In this document: positions 12,301 to 24,300 of the stretch, in pieces | Numbering within the stretch: position 1 is the stretch's first letter | How the letters are laid out: the number at the start of each line of letters is the position of its first letter | DNA from: Amoebophrya sp. A120 | Taxonomy: Eukaryota; Protista; Dinoflagellata | Direction: 5' to 3' | Assembly: GCA_905178155.1 (NCBI GenBank) | Contig: CAJINV010000007.1 | Location: 154,663 to 218,662, forward strand | DNA length: 64,000 bases | Program-made: the position numbers and the translations under genes | The notes under the pieces: generated by a model | Seen by the model: the letters and a program-made list of their open reading frames with translations, nothing else | Databases searched by the model: none | Told to the model about the DNA's origin: nothing

Positions 12301-15300
12301 TTTCTCAAACTTGTAGAACATTCAGACGCGACTCCCGAGCTGACTTAGAGACTTTTCAGCTGTTTAACCGTAGAGATCCTGCGTCGCTTGTAGTCGTCCT
12401 CCCGCTCTCCCTCCTGCGCCCATCTGCAAGGGTTCGCTGATAATCCGCTGCATCGTTTGCGCCAGCGTCTCCTCCTCTTCGGCTGCTTCTTGTTTATTAT
12501 CTCCGTGCTGTTTGCTTTTCTGCCTTTTCCTTTGCGTTGTATCTTCTCCTTCTGCTTCTCTCTTTTTGGACTCTGTTCTTTCTCCTTCGGCGCTTTTTCT
12601 TCTCCTCACGTTTTCACTGTTGCTCGCTCTTCCTCTTTGTCCTGCAGCGCTACTTGCTCTCTGGTCTTGCGATGCCCCGGCTTCCTTTGAGTATTTTTTA
12701 TGCCCTCCCTTTGAAAATTCTAATGAGTACGGCGCTTTTGAGGTTAGGGGGTCTACTTCCGCCCGCACTGGCTCGGCCAACTCCTTTGCTTCTGTCTTTT
12801 GCTTTGTGCTTTTCGCTTCCGCTTGTTTTGATTTTCGTTGAGTCGCCGGCTTCTCATTTCCTCCCGTGACTTTAGCTTCTTTCCCTGCGCTGCTCCGCGT
12901 TATTCCTATACTTATGCCTTTACTTTCTAGCGACGCCCTGGCTTTTGGCTGGACGGCCGAGAACCTGCTGCGTTGCGCGCTGCCTTCGTGCCTACTTTTT
13001 TTCGTTTCTTTTTTCCCTCTTCCTTCTTCGCTCTCTTTCCGTTCCCCCCATTTTTCCTCTTTTGTTGTCGTCCCCTGTTTCGCTGGGCCGTCTCCCTCTG
13101 CGGTCACTTTCTGCCTCGTTTTTTTCTCCTTCCACTCCCCTACGCCTCCTTGTGCCCTTTGCGCCCCTACCTTATCGACTCCTCTTGCTTCTTCTTTGTC
13201 TTCTTGGCCCGTTCCATCTACCTCCTCCCCTTCCCAATTGTAGTCCCGCAGCTCTCCAGGTAGTATCTTCTTCTCTTTTCTTTCTACTATCGAGAGCGAT
13301 AGCGACTGCAATGCTGTCCCCTTTTCTGTGTCTCTTATACTATTTTCCCTCGTGTCATTTCTATTTTGCGCATCCTCCTCTTCCTCCTTAATCATTCTTG
13401 CAGCGTTCTCCAGCAGCTTCCCCATTAGGTCCTCGTCTGCTTGCTTCACCTTTTTCCGCTCTACTAGATGCGCTTCTTCCTCACTTTCCTGCTCGTCTTG
13501 CCACTCTTTCAATATTCCTCTAATGTCGCTATTCTCCTTAATATCTTCGGGCTCTTCTATCTTTTTGAGTTCTTCGGGGCATAGTGCTCCTATTATGAAG
13601 TCCTGCCGCTCAGTCCTTGTCATCTCTGGCCAAGCTTCTACGTCTGGCAGCCCTAGCGCCCCTTCTCCGAAATCATATATCGGCCAGATTAGTGACCCTC
13701 TGTCCATCTCCGACACATCAATGGCTCGCAGGGTCTTGCTTGTCACTATCTCTACTCCTTCTCCCACCCTCCTCTCTTCTTCTTTTACTTCGAGGCCCCC
13801 CTTATCGATGCATATCCCCACTGTACCACTGTGGCCCTGGAACCGCAAACGCCTCTGCGCTTCTTCTTTCTCTATCTTGTGCTTCTTCTCTACTCTTTCC
13901 TCATTTTGCTGATGTAGTTCTTCAATCTTTTCTGTCAACTCTAAACAAATCCCGTGCTCTGCCCGCAGTTGCCCCGCTGTGGCGCTCCGTAGCACATCGT
14001 AGTCCACTAGCTTCACCGCTATCCCTTCTGCTTCTTCTTTTTGCAAATCTTCCAGGATGCGCAGCGAGTTGCTCACATAGGCCAGGAATCTTTGCTCCTG
14101 CTCCCTCTCTTCTGTTTCGAGATGCTTCTGCTCTGTCTTATATATTCTCTTCTCCCACGATGCTCTTCCCGTCGTTCTTCCTGATACTATTCTTCTGCGG
14201 GTCACTACTGTCAGCCCTAACTCGTCTGCTGCAATCACTTTCACCAACTCTCCATCCTTCGGCCATGAATTCTCATACGTTCTAGAGTTGTCCTGTACTA
14301 TCCCTGTCGCCCTCAGATCTGACACTGCTGGCATCCTTATGCTCGTCCCTTTTCCCATTGCTTCCAGTAACGCTATATCTGCCACGTTTCTCTTTTCCAT
14401 CATCTCTTTGATTCCCTTCGTTATACCTTGCTCCCCTTCTCCTAAAATTCGCACTGGTAACGTTGCCCACTTCATAAATAGGCCGATGTCCGTGAGCATG
14501 TTCTTCTGCGCTAGTGATCGCAGTGTTTTTATACCCATTAAGAATGGATCAACTGCGGATAGAACATTATACGAGTACACTACCCGATAGAGCGTCTCCG
14601 GCGTTGTTTTTGTAATCTTCATTATTTTCTGCAGTGTCTTCTCTGTGAAGCCTATTGCTTCTGCTATTACTACTGCCAGCTCCCCCATCAACTCTGCCCA
14701 ATCTTTGTCCGTGAAGAACATCTGCATAACCGGGAGGAAGTAGATCATCGCCGACGTAAAGAACACCTGTATTACCCACTTCAGTTCCTCGCCGTTAATC
14801 TTCTTCCTTGCTTTCATCACCTGCAGCGATAGGCGCTGCCCTATGCCGATGCTCTGCTTTACCTGTCCCTTTATTAACTTTCTCCGCTGCTCCGCTCCCA
14901 GCGTTGTTATTGTTGTCCCGAGTATTTTTATCGTCTTTCTTTCATTGAATCTGATCCCGAACGGTCTAAATGCTTTCCGCACTTCTTTCCTCCTCTTTTC
15001 CTCTCTATCTGACGACGTGAGCTCGCACTTCTGGGGTGCCAGGAATTGCCCCTCACGAGTGTACGTTATTTCGTACGCTATCGCTATTTCTTCCAAAATT
15101 TTCAATACTTTGCCGTGATCTTCTTCGTGGTATGTAAGTGCTAGCGCGCCATCATCAACGAACTGCACCGCTAGCGTTTGCGGCTGCTTCTTTTTTCCTT
15201 CTGCCGTGTTCTGCTCTCCTACCCATTCATATTTTTGCTTGTTCTTCCTTTTCCTTTTTAGTACTCTCCTCCTTCTCCTTCCTGTCCTGGGGGGCTGTTC

Positions 15301-18300
15301 TGTTTTGTAGATCTCATCCGTCTCATTTTCTACCACGTACGGCGGAAATGATGTGTCCGTCTCCGTTTCTTTTCTTGTGCCGAAGTTGTCCTTAATTTTT
15401 TCCCTTAGGTTTGTCCTTGCTGCTTGGAGCTCTTTGTCTCCCTTCACTCTCCCCGTTTCATCAAATACCTCCTCCAAATATTCCTGCACCGCCTCCACCC
15501 CTGGCATGAAAACCAATGTGCCCGCTAGCATGCACTCTACTGATCCCTGGATTAGGTCGTGATGGTTCTTTGCTTTTGCATACGTGTGCCCATTGCGTAG
15601 CCAAACTTCCTTATTCCAGTTTATTGCTGCGACGAGTTTCAGGTAGCACGGGCGCACTCCGCTGCGCCTGTACGCCCGCAACGCTGTGCAAAGCGTCAAA
15701 CTATTATAGAAGTTCGACGCATCCAGCCCAATTATTACGCTAATCCACTTCCTGGCTTCTTCTTCTTCCCTCCTCTTCTCTTCTTCTTCCTCGCCTTTTC
15801 TTCTTTTTGCCTCCTCCTCCTGTTCTGTGTCCGGCGCTGTTATCGGCGAAGTACCTCCCTCGCCTTCCTCTTCCGGTGCTTCTCCTTTCTCTTGAATTTC
15901 TTCGCCCATCCAGTTCTCTCCTGCCTTTTCCAGTTTGCTTAGTAGATCGCCTGGCTCCCCGTCTTCTTTCTCCGCACTATCCATGGTTTTTTGTATTTCT
16001 TCGCTGTGCAAGGTTTCCAATAACTGCACCACTGTTGCCTGACATGAGGCGCCTGGCTTTGATGCTGCGCCACATCTCGCGAAACCATTGCTCTTATCGC
16101 TTATCCTGACCATTTGGCACGTTAGGTAGCTCATCAGAAATCTCGCCACCGCCGTCCCCTGAATTACTGTTCTGATCTTCTCGCAGGCTGTTGACGCCGC
16201 TGTCTGTTTCTTCAACATTTCAACTTTCACCGCAGTCAAACTCTTATCCAGAAACTTCTCTACGTCTCTCGGGGTCGTCGGGGACTCTGCTAGCTCTTCC
16301 AGGAATTTGCTGCACACCTGCGCCAGTATCCTTAACTGCTCGCCGCTTAATGTCTTGTATGCTTGGAATCTAATTCCATCCATTCCTGCTGCTTGTGCGT
16401 TTAGTCTCTTGATGTGCTTCTTGAGCTGGGTCGCTGTGACTCTGAGCGGCGCCACCTTCTTGCATGCTTCCGTCAGCGATTGATATGCATCCCGGAGTGT
16501 GCTCCCACTAAATGCGTGGCTCTTCCCATTCTCTTCCATTATCGCTCCTACCTTTGAAATGTGGTTCCCAGCTAGCTCTCTGGTGCAGTTTTCTGCTCCC
16601 GATACTTGTCGACCCGCTACCGTCATTTCCGATATTTCTCCTTCCACCGGCTTTCCTCTTCCTTTTCCAAGTGCCATCTCCTTGGCTCTTCTGGCGTAGT
16701 CGTGGATGCTCTCTGGTTTGTCTTTTGTTTCTTCTAGCATACAACTATGCGCCTCCATCCACTCTTTCGCTAGTTTCTTTTCTTCTTCACTCCGCGCTTC
16801 TTCTTTCTTTTCTTCATCTCCTTGGTGGGCCTTCCGACCTTTTCCCTTCCTTTCTTTCCCTGCGTCTTCCGGCTCCTCACTATTTTTTCCCTCCCCTTTT
16901 CTAACGCTATGGCCCTGGGCTTTCCCCTTCCCTTTCTTTTCTCTCTCTCTTATCCTTCTTCTTCTTATTGTCTCTGCCAGTTTCGGCACTGGCTTCTTTT
17001 TTTCTTTTATCATTCCCGTTTCCTTCATTGTGCTCGTCACCCACTTGCGGTAGCTTCTTATGTCCTTTATTTCTTCTGCGTTGATCGCGCTCGCTTCCAT
17101 TTTCTCTTGAAGCTCTTCCGTCTTAATTGATCCCCTGGGCCAGCGCACTGTCTCTTCGAAAGGGTTCTCCTCTTCAAGTCTGTTTTTTCCCTTTATTATC
17201 TCGATGCTTCTTCGCATAAATTCCGGCGAAGGCTGCATCAGTGCGTACTTCGCGTTGAAGTGTAGTTCTTGCGGATCTTGTTCTGTTGCTCTGTACGTTG
17301 TCGCCACTTCCTCTTCCGCCTCCTGCTCCGTCCACATTATTGTAGCCATTAGCGCTAAATGATCCGCCTCATCGTACGGATTCATCCCCTCCTCAAACTC
17401 CAACACTCTTCGCACGGTCGGGTCTTTTGGTATCTGCACCCTCTGGATTTGCTTCGTGATTATCCTCGATCTGATTGGCGCCACTGCTAGGAAGTCTATC
17501 TTGGATGGGTTCCGCGCACTCCTGTAGCACGTCGGCCCCCCTGGTTCCATCGTCAGCGCTACCTCATTTACGTAATTCTGCAGCGGTAGATGCGCCTCCT
17601 CTTAGACTACTACGCTTATCGGGGTGTTGTTCTTGTCCTTCCGCAGTTTCATCTTTTCTTCTTTCGTTACCTCATATTCACAGTTTAGGTCTCCCGTTAT
17701 TATTCCGATCTTAGCCCTTCCCATCATTTCCCTTATTTTCGCCAGCAGCTTCGCCATCTGTCCCCTTATAAATTTTCTCGCCGCTTCAGTGTCTTCTACC
17801 TTCGACTCCCTTCGGTATAGTGATACCACTAGCCTACCTGCTTCATTTATCGCCCCTGTTGCCCACATTAGCATCGCCTCTTTCTTGCCAATGTCCCGGG
17901 TGAGGTGCTCCCCTTCCTGCTCTTGTGCTAGGACTACTATACTCATCCTGTACTCCGGCATCCTCAGCGGTTTCTCCACTTCCAGTATTGCTGTCCCTCC
18001 TGATCTTAATTCTACTGCTATTCTTCGCAGGTCCGTCGCTATTGCCATGTAGATCCTTCGCCCTTTTAGTTTCATTTTTTGGTAGAGCCATGCCAATGCG
18101 TCCTTTACGTGCTCGAAAACTGCAACTTTTGCCGGTACTGCTGCCATTTTTGTTTCTGATATTGATGCTTCTGACGCTTCCAGTGCTGATATTGCTACCG
18201 CCAGCCTTATCGCGTTCGCCCTTCCTACTCCGTTTACGTTCCAATATAGGTGCTTTATAAGCTTCAGGCCGTCTACATCCACGTCACACGCTGCGCCTTC

Positions 18301-21300
18301 TTCCTCAGGTGGCAGGAATTCTATTATGTTCCCGCACTTTTCTTCTACATCTTTGGCAGCTCCTCGCTTATTCTCTTCGCTTCTTCTTTCTTCTAACTTT
18401 TCTAGCCACCGCGGGTCTTTAAACTTCTTTGGTTTTCGGACCCCTTCACCCTCCCCGCTAATCTCCTCCGCCATTCTTCTACTTTTTTTACTTGTGCTGC
18501 TCCTCGAATTCTTCTGTCTGTCTTTGTCTTCTCTCTGGCCTGCCTGGTCTTCTCTTCTCTGCAATTTCGGCTGTGCTGGAATGCTTTCTTTGAGCATGCA
18601 GCAGACGAGGAGCAACGCCCTTCGCATATTTTTCTTCCTCTACCTATGCTATTTTCTGATATCCTGACTCTGATTTTTCTGCTTCCTATTTAATATCCTA
18701 ACCGCTCCGCCTATTTTGCTAGATTTTAAGGGTTCCTATCTGTTTCGGGACTGGTCAAAAAGATTTAGACTAATGCAGAGAAATTCCTACGCGTAACGAT
18801 CTGTATGGATCTAGATATATTCGCAACGGCCGGGAGTACCTCGATCTGCAGTCCTTTCGCTCTCGTTGCGGAGCACGCGACTCTTTCCGAGTCCCTGGCA
18901 TCGACTTCGTCCTCGTCAGTTTTTCTTTTCTATGATTTTCGTGGTTAATTACGCAACTCATGCAGTTTCTCGGGTCTTATCATCCAATTGCTCTCGCTCC
19001 TTCTTCTTTCGTGCCCTCCAATTTGCCATTTTCTCGCGCCCTATTCTCTTTCTTTCCTCTTCTTCCTCCTTTGTCTCGATCTTCCGCATCTCTTCCTTCT
19101 TTCTTCTTCTATTCTCATTGGCCGTTTCTCTGTACTTCATTTCCTTCTTCTCTCTTTCAGTCTTCTCTTCTTCTGACATTTCCGCGAGAGACTCCTTTCT
19201 TTTCTGCTGCGCCCTTGCTGCTTGTTCTTCCTGCACTTTCCTATCGTGCTCCAGTCTTTGGTCATACGACACTAGATAGAGCGCCCCCGCTGACCATGAC
19301 TTTGTCTCTGCTAGCGCCATCGCCTTCCCTTGCCATTCTTCATAGGCCTCCCTCGACTGCATCGCCTTTTTGTGTTCTGTGTGCCCGTCATTCTGCTCCC
19401 TCCGTTCTTCTTTCTTTGCTTTCGGTATTTCTAGCCCTTTTTCTTTGCGCTTTTTCGCCCATCTCCTTCTATAGTCTCCTATATGTATCTTCCACTGCTT
19501 CCTCCCCATCGGCGGTAGTTTCACTATTCCCTTTTCTCTTTTCCCTAATCTGACTGGGCAACTTTCAAACTCTCTATTTGTCTCTTCCGTCTCTGTCGCT
19601 TTCTTTCTGTTCAGGCGAATCATCAGGGCAGTCGTGCGCACTCTCAATTTCGTCGCCCTCTTCCTCCTCTCCTCCCATGTCAGGCCCTTCCCGCCCTCGT
19701 CTTGTAGTGGTATTCTCTTCAGCCATTTTGAGTCCTTCTCCTCTGCTATTGCTGTTGCACCCCTTGGCTTTGTTGCTATCTTTTTGCTGCGTTTGCTTTT
19801 CTTAATTTTCTTCGCTTTGATCAGCGACCTCAGCTCCATCGTTGGGTCTGCCTTGAATAAAATTCGCGGCGGATTCTTGATCCTCTCTCGCAGCATCTGG
19901 CCCACTGTCTTTCTTGTTTTTCCTTCGTTCATTTCCTTGCCTTTCCCCTTTCCTTTCCCTCCTTCTTTATCTTGTCGCGCACGCTCCGCATCCTCGTCCT
20001 TACTCTCCCCGGCTGTTGCCGATTTCCTCCATCTTGTCAGCTCCTCTATGTTGCCATGTTTTCCTTTTCCTTCTCCCATTTTTCCTACTAAGGGCCTACT
20101 TCGTATTTTCATAAAGCTGACGACCCCGGTGGGTCTATGTCTACACTACTAATCTCATCGCTACTGACTCTCTCTATGTACGCCCTTTGCTTGCGTCGTG
20201 CTCGCTCTTCTTTTCTGCATTCAGTTACTTTCTTCATATAAAAAGGGCCGTCTGGCTTCCTTCTGCGTTCTATTTAATTCTGTCTCTGTCTAGCGCTATG
20301 GTATTCTAGCGGTCGTAGCTCTTTGGCTACTCCCTTTCTTTTTTTTCTTTCGACTTGCTCGAAGTAGTCCCTTAGATTGAGAAAAAAAAAAAACAACATC
20401 CATCATCCGCTTCTTTCACTCCTCCCATTCGTATTCCTCCTCTTTCATCCCCTTCGCCCCGCCCTTGCCCATGTCGCCGGTCTTCGCCCCTTTGACTCCT
20501 GCCATTCCGACCCCTTGTGGGTAACTTGGTCCTCCCCACATCTGCTCCTTTCCAATGAAGTGGCACTGGCCCCCGTCTGGCTGGTACCCCGACGCCTTTC
20601 CCGCTAATCCAAAAACTCCCTTATCCATTTGCGACGCCTTCGAGGAGGATGAAGAGGAGCCCACCCCCGCACTATACTGCGGAGCGGGTCCATAGAGATA
20701 CGGCAGCCCTTTCTCCCATCCTGTTTGTTGCCATTGCTGAAAATTTTGCGCGTACTGCTGCTCCATCATACTCATCTGCTGCCATTGTTGAAATTCGCGC
20801 CATTGCTGCTCTTTTTCCGCTTCTTCCCTCATCCAATCCTGTTCGTACTTTCCTTCCCCGTTTGGCATCCGTCCTCCAACTTTCTTCCTTCCTTCGTGGC
20901 CCCGTCTCTCTTCTTCGCTTTCTTCTTCTTCACTTTCTTCTTTGGTGTAGTCGAAATCCGCCACTTCTCTTTTGAATCTCTTCGCCTCTTTTTCTTGCTT
21001 TTCCATCTCTTCGCTTTGTTCCTCAGCTTCCTCACCCTTTTCCGTCTCTTTTCCGCTTCCCCTTGGCCTTTTCTTAATCTTGTCTCCTTTCGCGCTATGT
21101 GCCTTGCACTTGTCTCCGTGCACTCCCTGTCCCATTCCTTTTCCGTTAATGTACTGCACCGGGTTCCCACCCACTCCCATATCTTTTAGTCCCTTCATCC
21201 TTTCTTGGTAGCCAAATACGTTTCCCCCTTTCTTCTCTAACCAGGATTGCTCCGCAGCCCAACCCTGCGTCATTGGCGGTTCCCAGCCTTGCATCTGGTA

Positions 21301-24300
21301 CGGTGGCACGTACTGACTCTGCATCATATTCAGGGACGGAGTTCCCAGCTTTCCCATCGCGAACGGGTTGTATTTCGCGGTCTCTTGCACTTGGTCCCAC
21401 ATTGTCACTCCGTCGTGGGTGCTCCAGCTTCCCTTTCCTACGTAGTTGCCCTTCTCCTCTTCTCCGCTTCCTTCCTCTTCCATTGCGTACTCCCCCTGCA
21501 TCCATTGTCTCTGCCTCGCTGCATTTTCTTGAATGCCTTGCAGGCTTCCGCCAGTTTTCACGTACTTCGCGAACAGGTCCGCCAGCTTCTTTCCCTGTTT
21601 CTGAATCATGAGAGTCTTCTTTCCTTTCCATGCATTACAAGTCTTTTTCTTAAGGTGAATCAGCATTACAAATTTTATTTCTCATGCTGAGAAAATTTGT
21701 AATGCATTTATACGAGTATGATACTTTTGCAGTTCATAAATCGGTCTCTTTCCAGCTCGTTCGACCTTTGTTTGAGCAGCGTCTGCTGTTGCTCGATCGC
21801 GAGTTTCTCGTCCAGTAGCCGGTTCTTCTCTTCCGCAAGTTCGATTTCGATCTGTTCCTGACTATGCATGGTAAGAGTTCTCTCGCACCAAGTTGTATGT
21901 CAAGTTGTGCACCAAGTCCAAGTTGCGCACCTAAACTCAAATACAAATTAGGTGGGGGTAGGAAGAGTGATCCGAAGAATTTCTACACTCCCAGGAAAGC
22001 CTCCAGGCGTCCACCATGTTGCGGCAATTCCTGACGAATTCCTGACGTACAGCCCAAAGCACGTCAGGAATTCGAGTTAGCCCGTGGGAAGAAAACAGAG
22101 TTGCTGCGTCCCAAGGAAAGGAAAAAAAGCTTCCCTCTGCATTCACGACGGCATGGCAATTCCTGACGAATTCCTGAAGCGCAGCCAAAAAACGTCAGGA
22201 ATTCAAATTAGCTCGTGGGAAGATAAAAAGAGATGCTGCATTCACGGGGAAGTAAGAAAAGCCTACTTTCGTTTCCACGACGGCACGGCAATTCCTGACG
22301 AATTCCTGACGCGCAGCCCAAAAAACGTCAGGAATTCGAGTTAGCTCGTGGGAAGACCAAAAGAGATGCTGCATTCGCGGGGAAGTAAGAAAAGCTTACT
22401 TTCGTTTCCACGACGGCACGGCAATTCCTGACGAATTCCTGACGCGCAGCCCAAAAAACGTCAGGAATTCGAGTTAGCTCGTGGGAAGACCAAAAGAGAT
22501 GCTGCATTCGCGGGGAAGTAAGAAAAGCTTACTTTCGTTTCCACGACGGCACGGCAATTCCTGACGAATTCCTGACGCGCAGCCCAAAAAACGTCAGGAA
22601 TTCGAGTTAGCTCGTGGGAAGACCAAAAGAGATGCTGCATTCGCGGGGAAGTAAGAAAAGCTTACTTTCGTTTCCACGACGGCACGGCAATTCCTGACGA
22701 ATTCCTGACGCGCAGCCCAAAAAACGTCAGGAATTCGAGTTAGCTCGTGGGAAGACCAAAAGAGATGCTGCATTCGCGGGGAAGTAAGAAAAGCTTACTT
22801 TCGTTTCCACGACGGCACGGCAATTCCTGACGAATTCCTGACGCGCAGCCCAAAAAACGTCAGGAATTCGAGTTAGCTCGTGGGAAGACCAAAAGAGATG
22901 CTGCATTCGCGGGGAAGTAAGAAAAGCTTACTTTCGTTTCCACGACGGCACGGCAATTCCTGACGAATTCCTGACGCGCAGCCCAAAAAACGTCAGGAAT
23001 TCGAGTTAGCTCGTGGGAAGACCAAAAGAGATGCTGCATTCGCGGGGAAGTAAGAAAAGCTTACTTTCGTTTCCACGACGGCACGGCAATTCCTGACGAA
23101 TTCCTGACGCGCAGCCCAAAAAACGTCAGGAATTCGAGTTAGCTCGTGGGAAGACCAAAAGAGATGCTGCATTCGCGGGGAAGTAAGAAAAGCTTACTTT
23201 CGTTTCCACGACGGCACGGCAATTCCTGACGAATTCCTGACGCGCAGCCCAAAAAACGTCAGGAATTCGAGTTAGCTCGTGGGAAGACCAAAAGAGATGC
23301 TGCATTCGCGGGGAAGTAAGAAAAGCTTACTTTCGTTTCCACGACGGCACGGCAATTCCTGACGAATTCCTGACGCGCAGCCCAAAAAACGTCAGGAATT
23401 CGAGTTAGCTCGTGGGAAGACCAAAAGAGATGCTGCATTCACGGGGACGTAAGAAAACCCTACTTTCGTTTCCACGACGGCACGGCAATTCCTGACGAAT
23501 TTCTGACGCGCAGCCCAAAAAACGTCAGGAATTCAAATCAGATTGTGGGAAGAGCAACAGAGCTGCTGCGATCGACGCAAAAGAAAAGAAGTCTCCCTTT
23601 GCATTTGCTTCCCCGAGGGTATGGCAATTCCTGACGAATTCCTGACGGGCAGCCCAAAAAACCTCAGGAATACAGCTCTACAGAAGAGTCCCGAAAACTT
23701 CAGTTCTGACAAGCCTCGCCGGCAACAAGAAAAAAAGGAAAATTTGCGATGGTGCTACACCAGATATCAAGGCAGTTTTGTCCTCTTCATGCACGAAAGT
23801 TGTAATCATGCACCTGGTAGTTGTACACTTGGCACAAGAATTGTTCCTTTATTTGCACTGGATATTTTTTCTCCTTCAGCAGGGTCTCTTTCGCTTGGAT
23901 TTGCTCCTTCAGCTCTTGCTCCTTTTCCAAAATTTTCACTTCCAGCTTCTCCTCGCGGTCGGTTAGGTCGTTCTCGATGTGGAGCTTTTTTTGCTCGAGC
24001 TGCTGCTCCTTTTCGGCAATCTTCGTTTTCAACTCCATTTCCTTCTGCTGAATTCTTTTTTTCAACTCGTTCTCGCGGTTTTGTAAGTCGCTTTGCTTCT
24101 CGTAGAAGAGTTTTTCCTCGGTTTCCACTCTCCTGCTGTTCTCCTCCTCTTTTTCCGATACTTTCGTCGAGAACTCCGTTTCCAGCTTAACCCTTTCCGC
24201 CTGAAGTACTAGCAGCTGCTCCTTCTCCCTTTCCTGCATCCGGAGCTCTTTCTGGTGCATCTTCTCCAGCAAATCCGACTCTAACTCCGTGAAGTTGGAC

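Larger units (their letters stand above)
10947..21628 (-). mobile_element. 5'-truncated non-LTR retrotransposon (APE endonuclease + RT) nested in a family-B introner
   Basis: Splits the host introner at GCAATCAT|GCATTACAA (CAT on both sides); 3' end has a short (AACG)3 tail on the minus strand; first ORF is cut at the junction. Confidence 0.88.
10909..21738. mobile_element. Introner, family B, expanded to 10.8 kb by a nested retrotransposon
   Basis: Left part 10909-10946, right part 21629-21738; DR AATCT/AATCG; flanking exons join ELERDR|LNAEL in frame. Confidence 0.87.

Noticed and set aside
18840-18925. Hammerhead-like CTGACGA plus small hairpins on the minus strand of the retrotransposon
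   Set aside because: Stem II is not followed by GAAA and no stems I/III were found; the segment also reads as decayed coding sequence.
22020-23670. CRISPR-like array (palindromic repeat at regular spacing)
   Set aside because: Whole 133-bp units repeat with no unique spacers, no cas genes are present, and the context is a eukaryotic intron.
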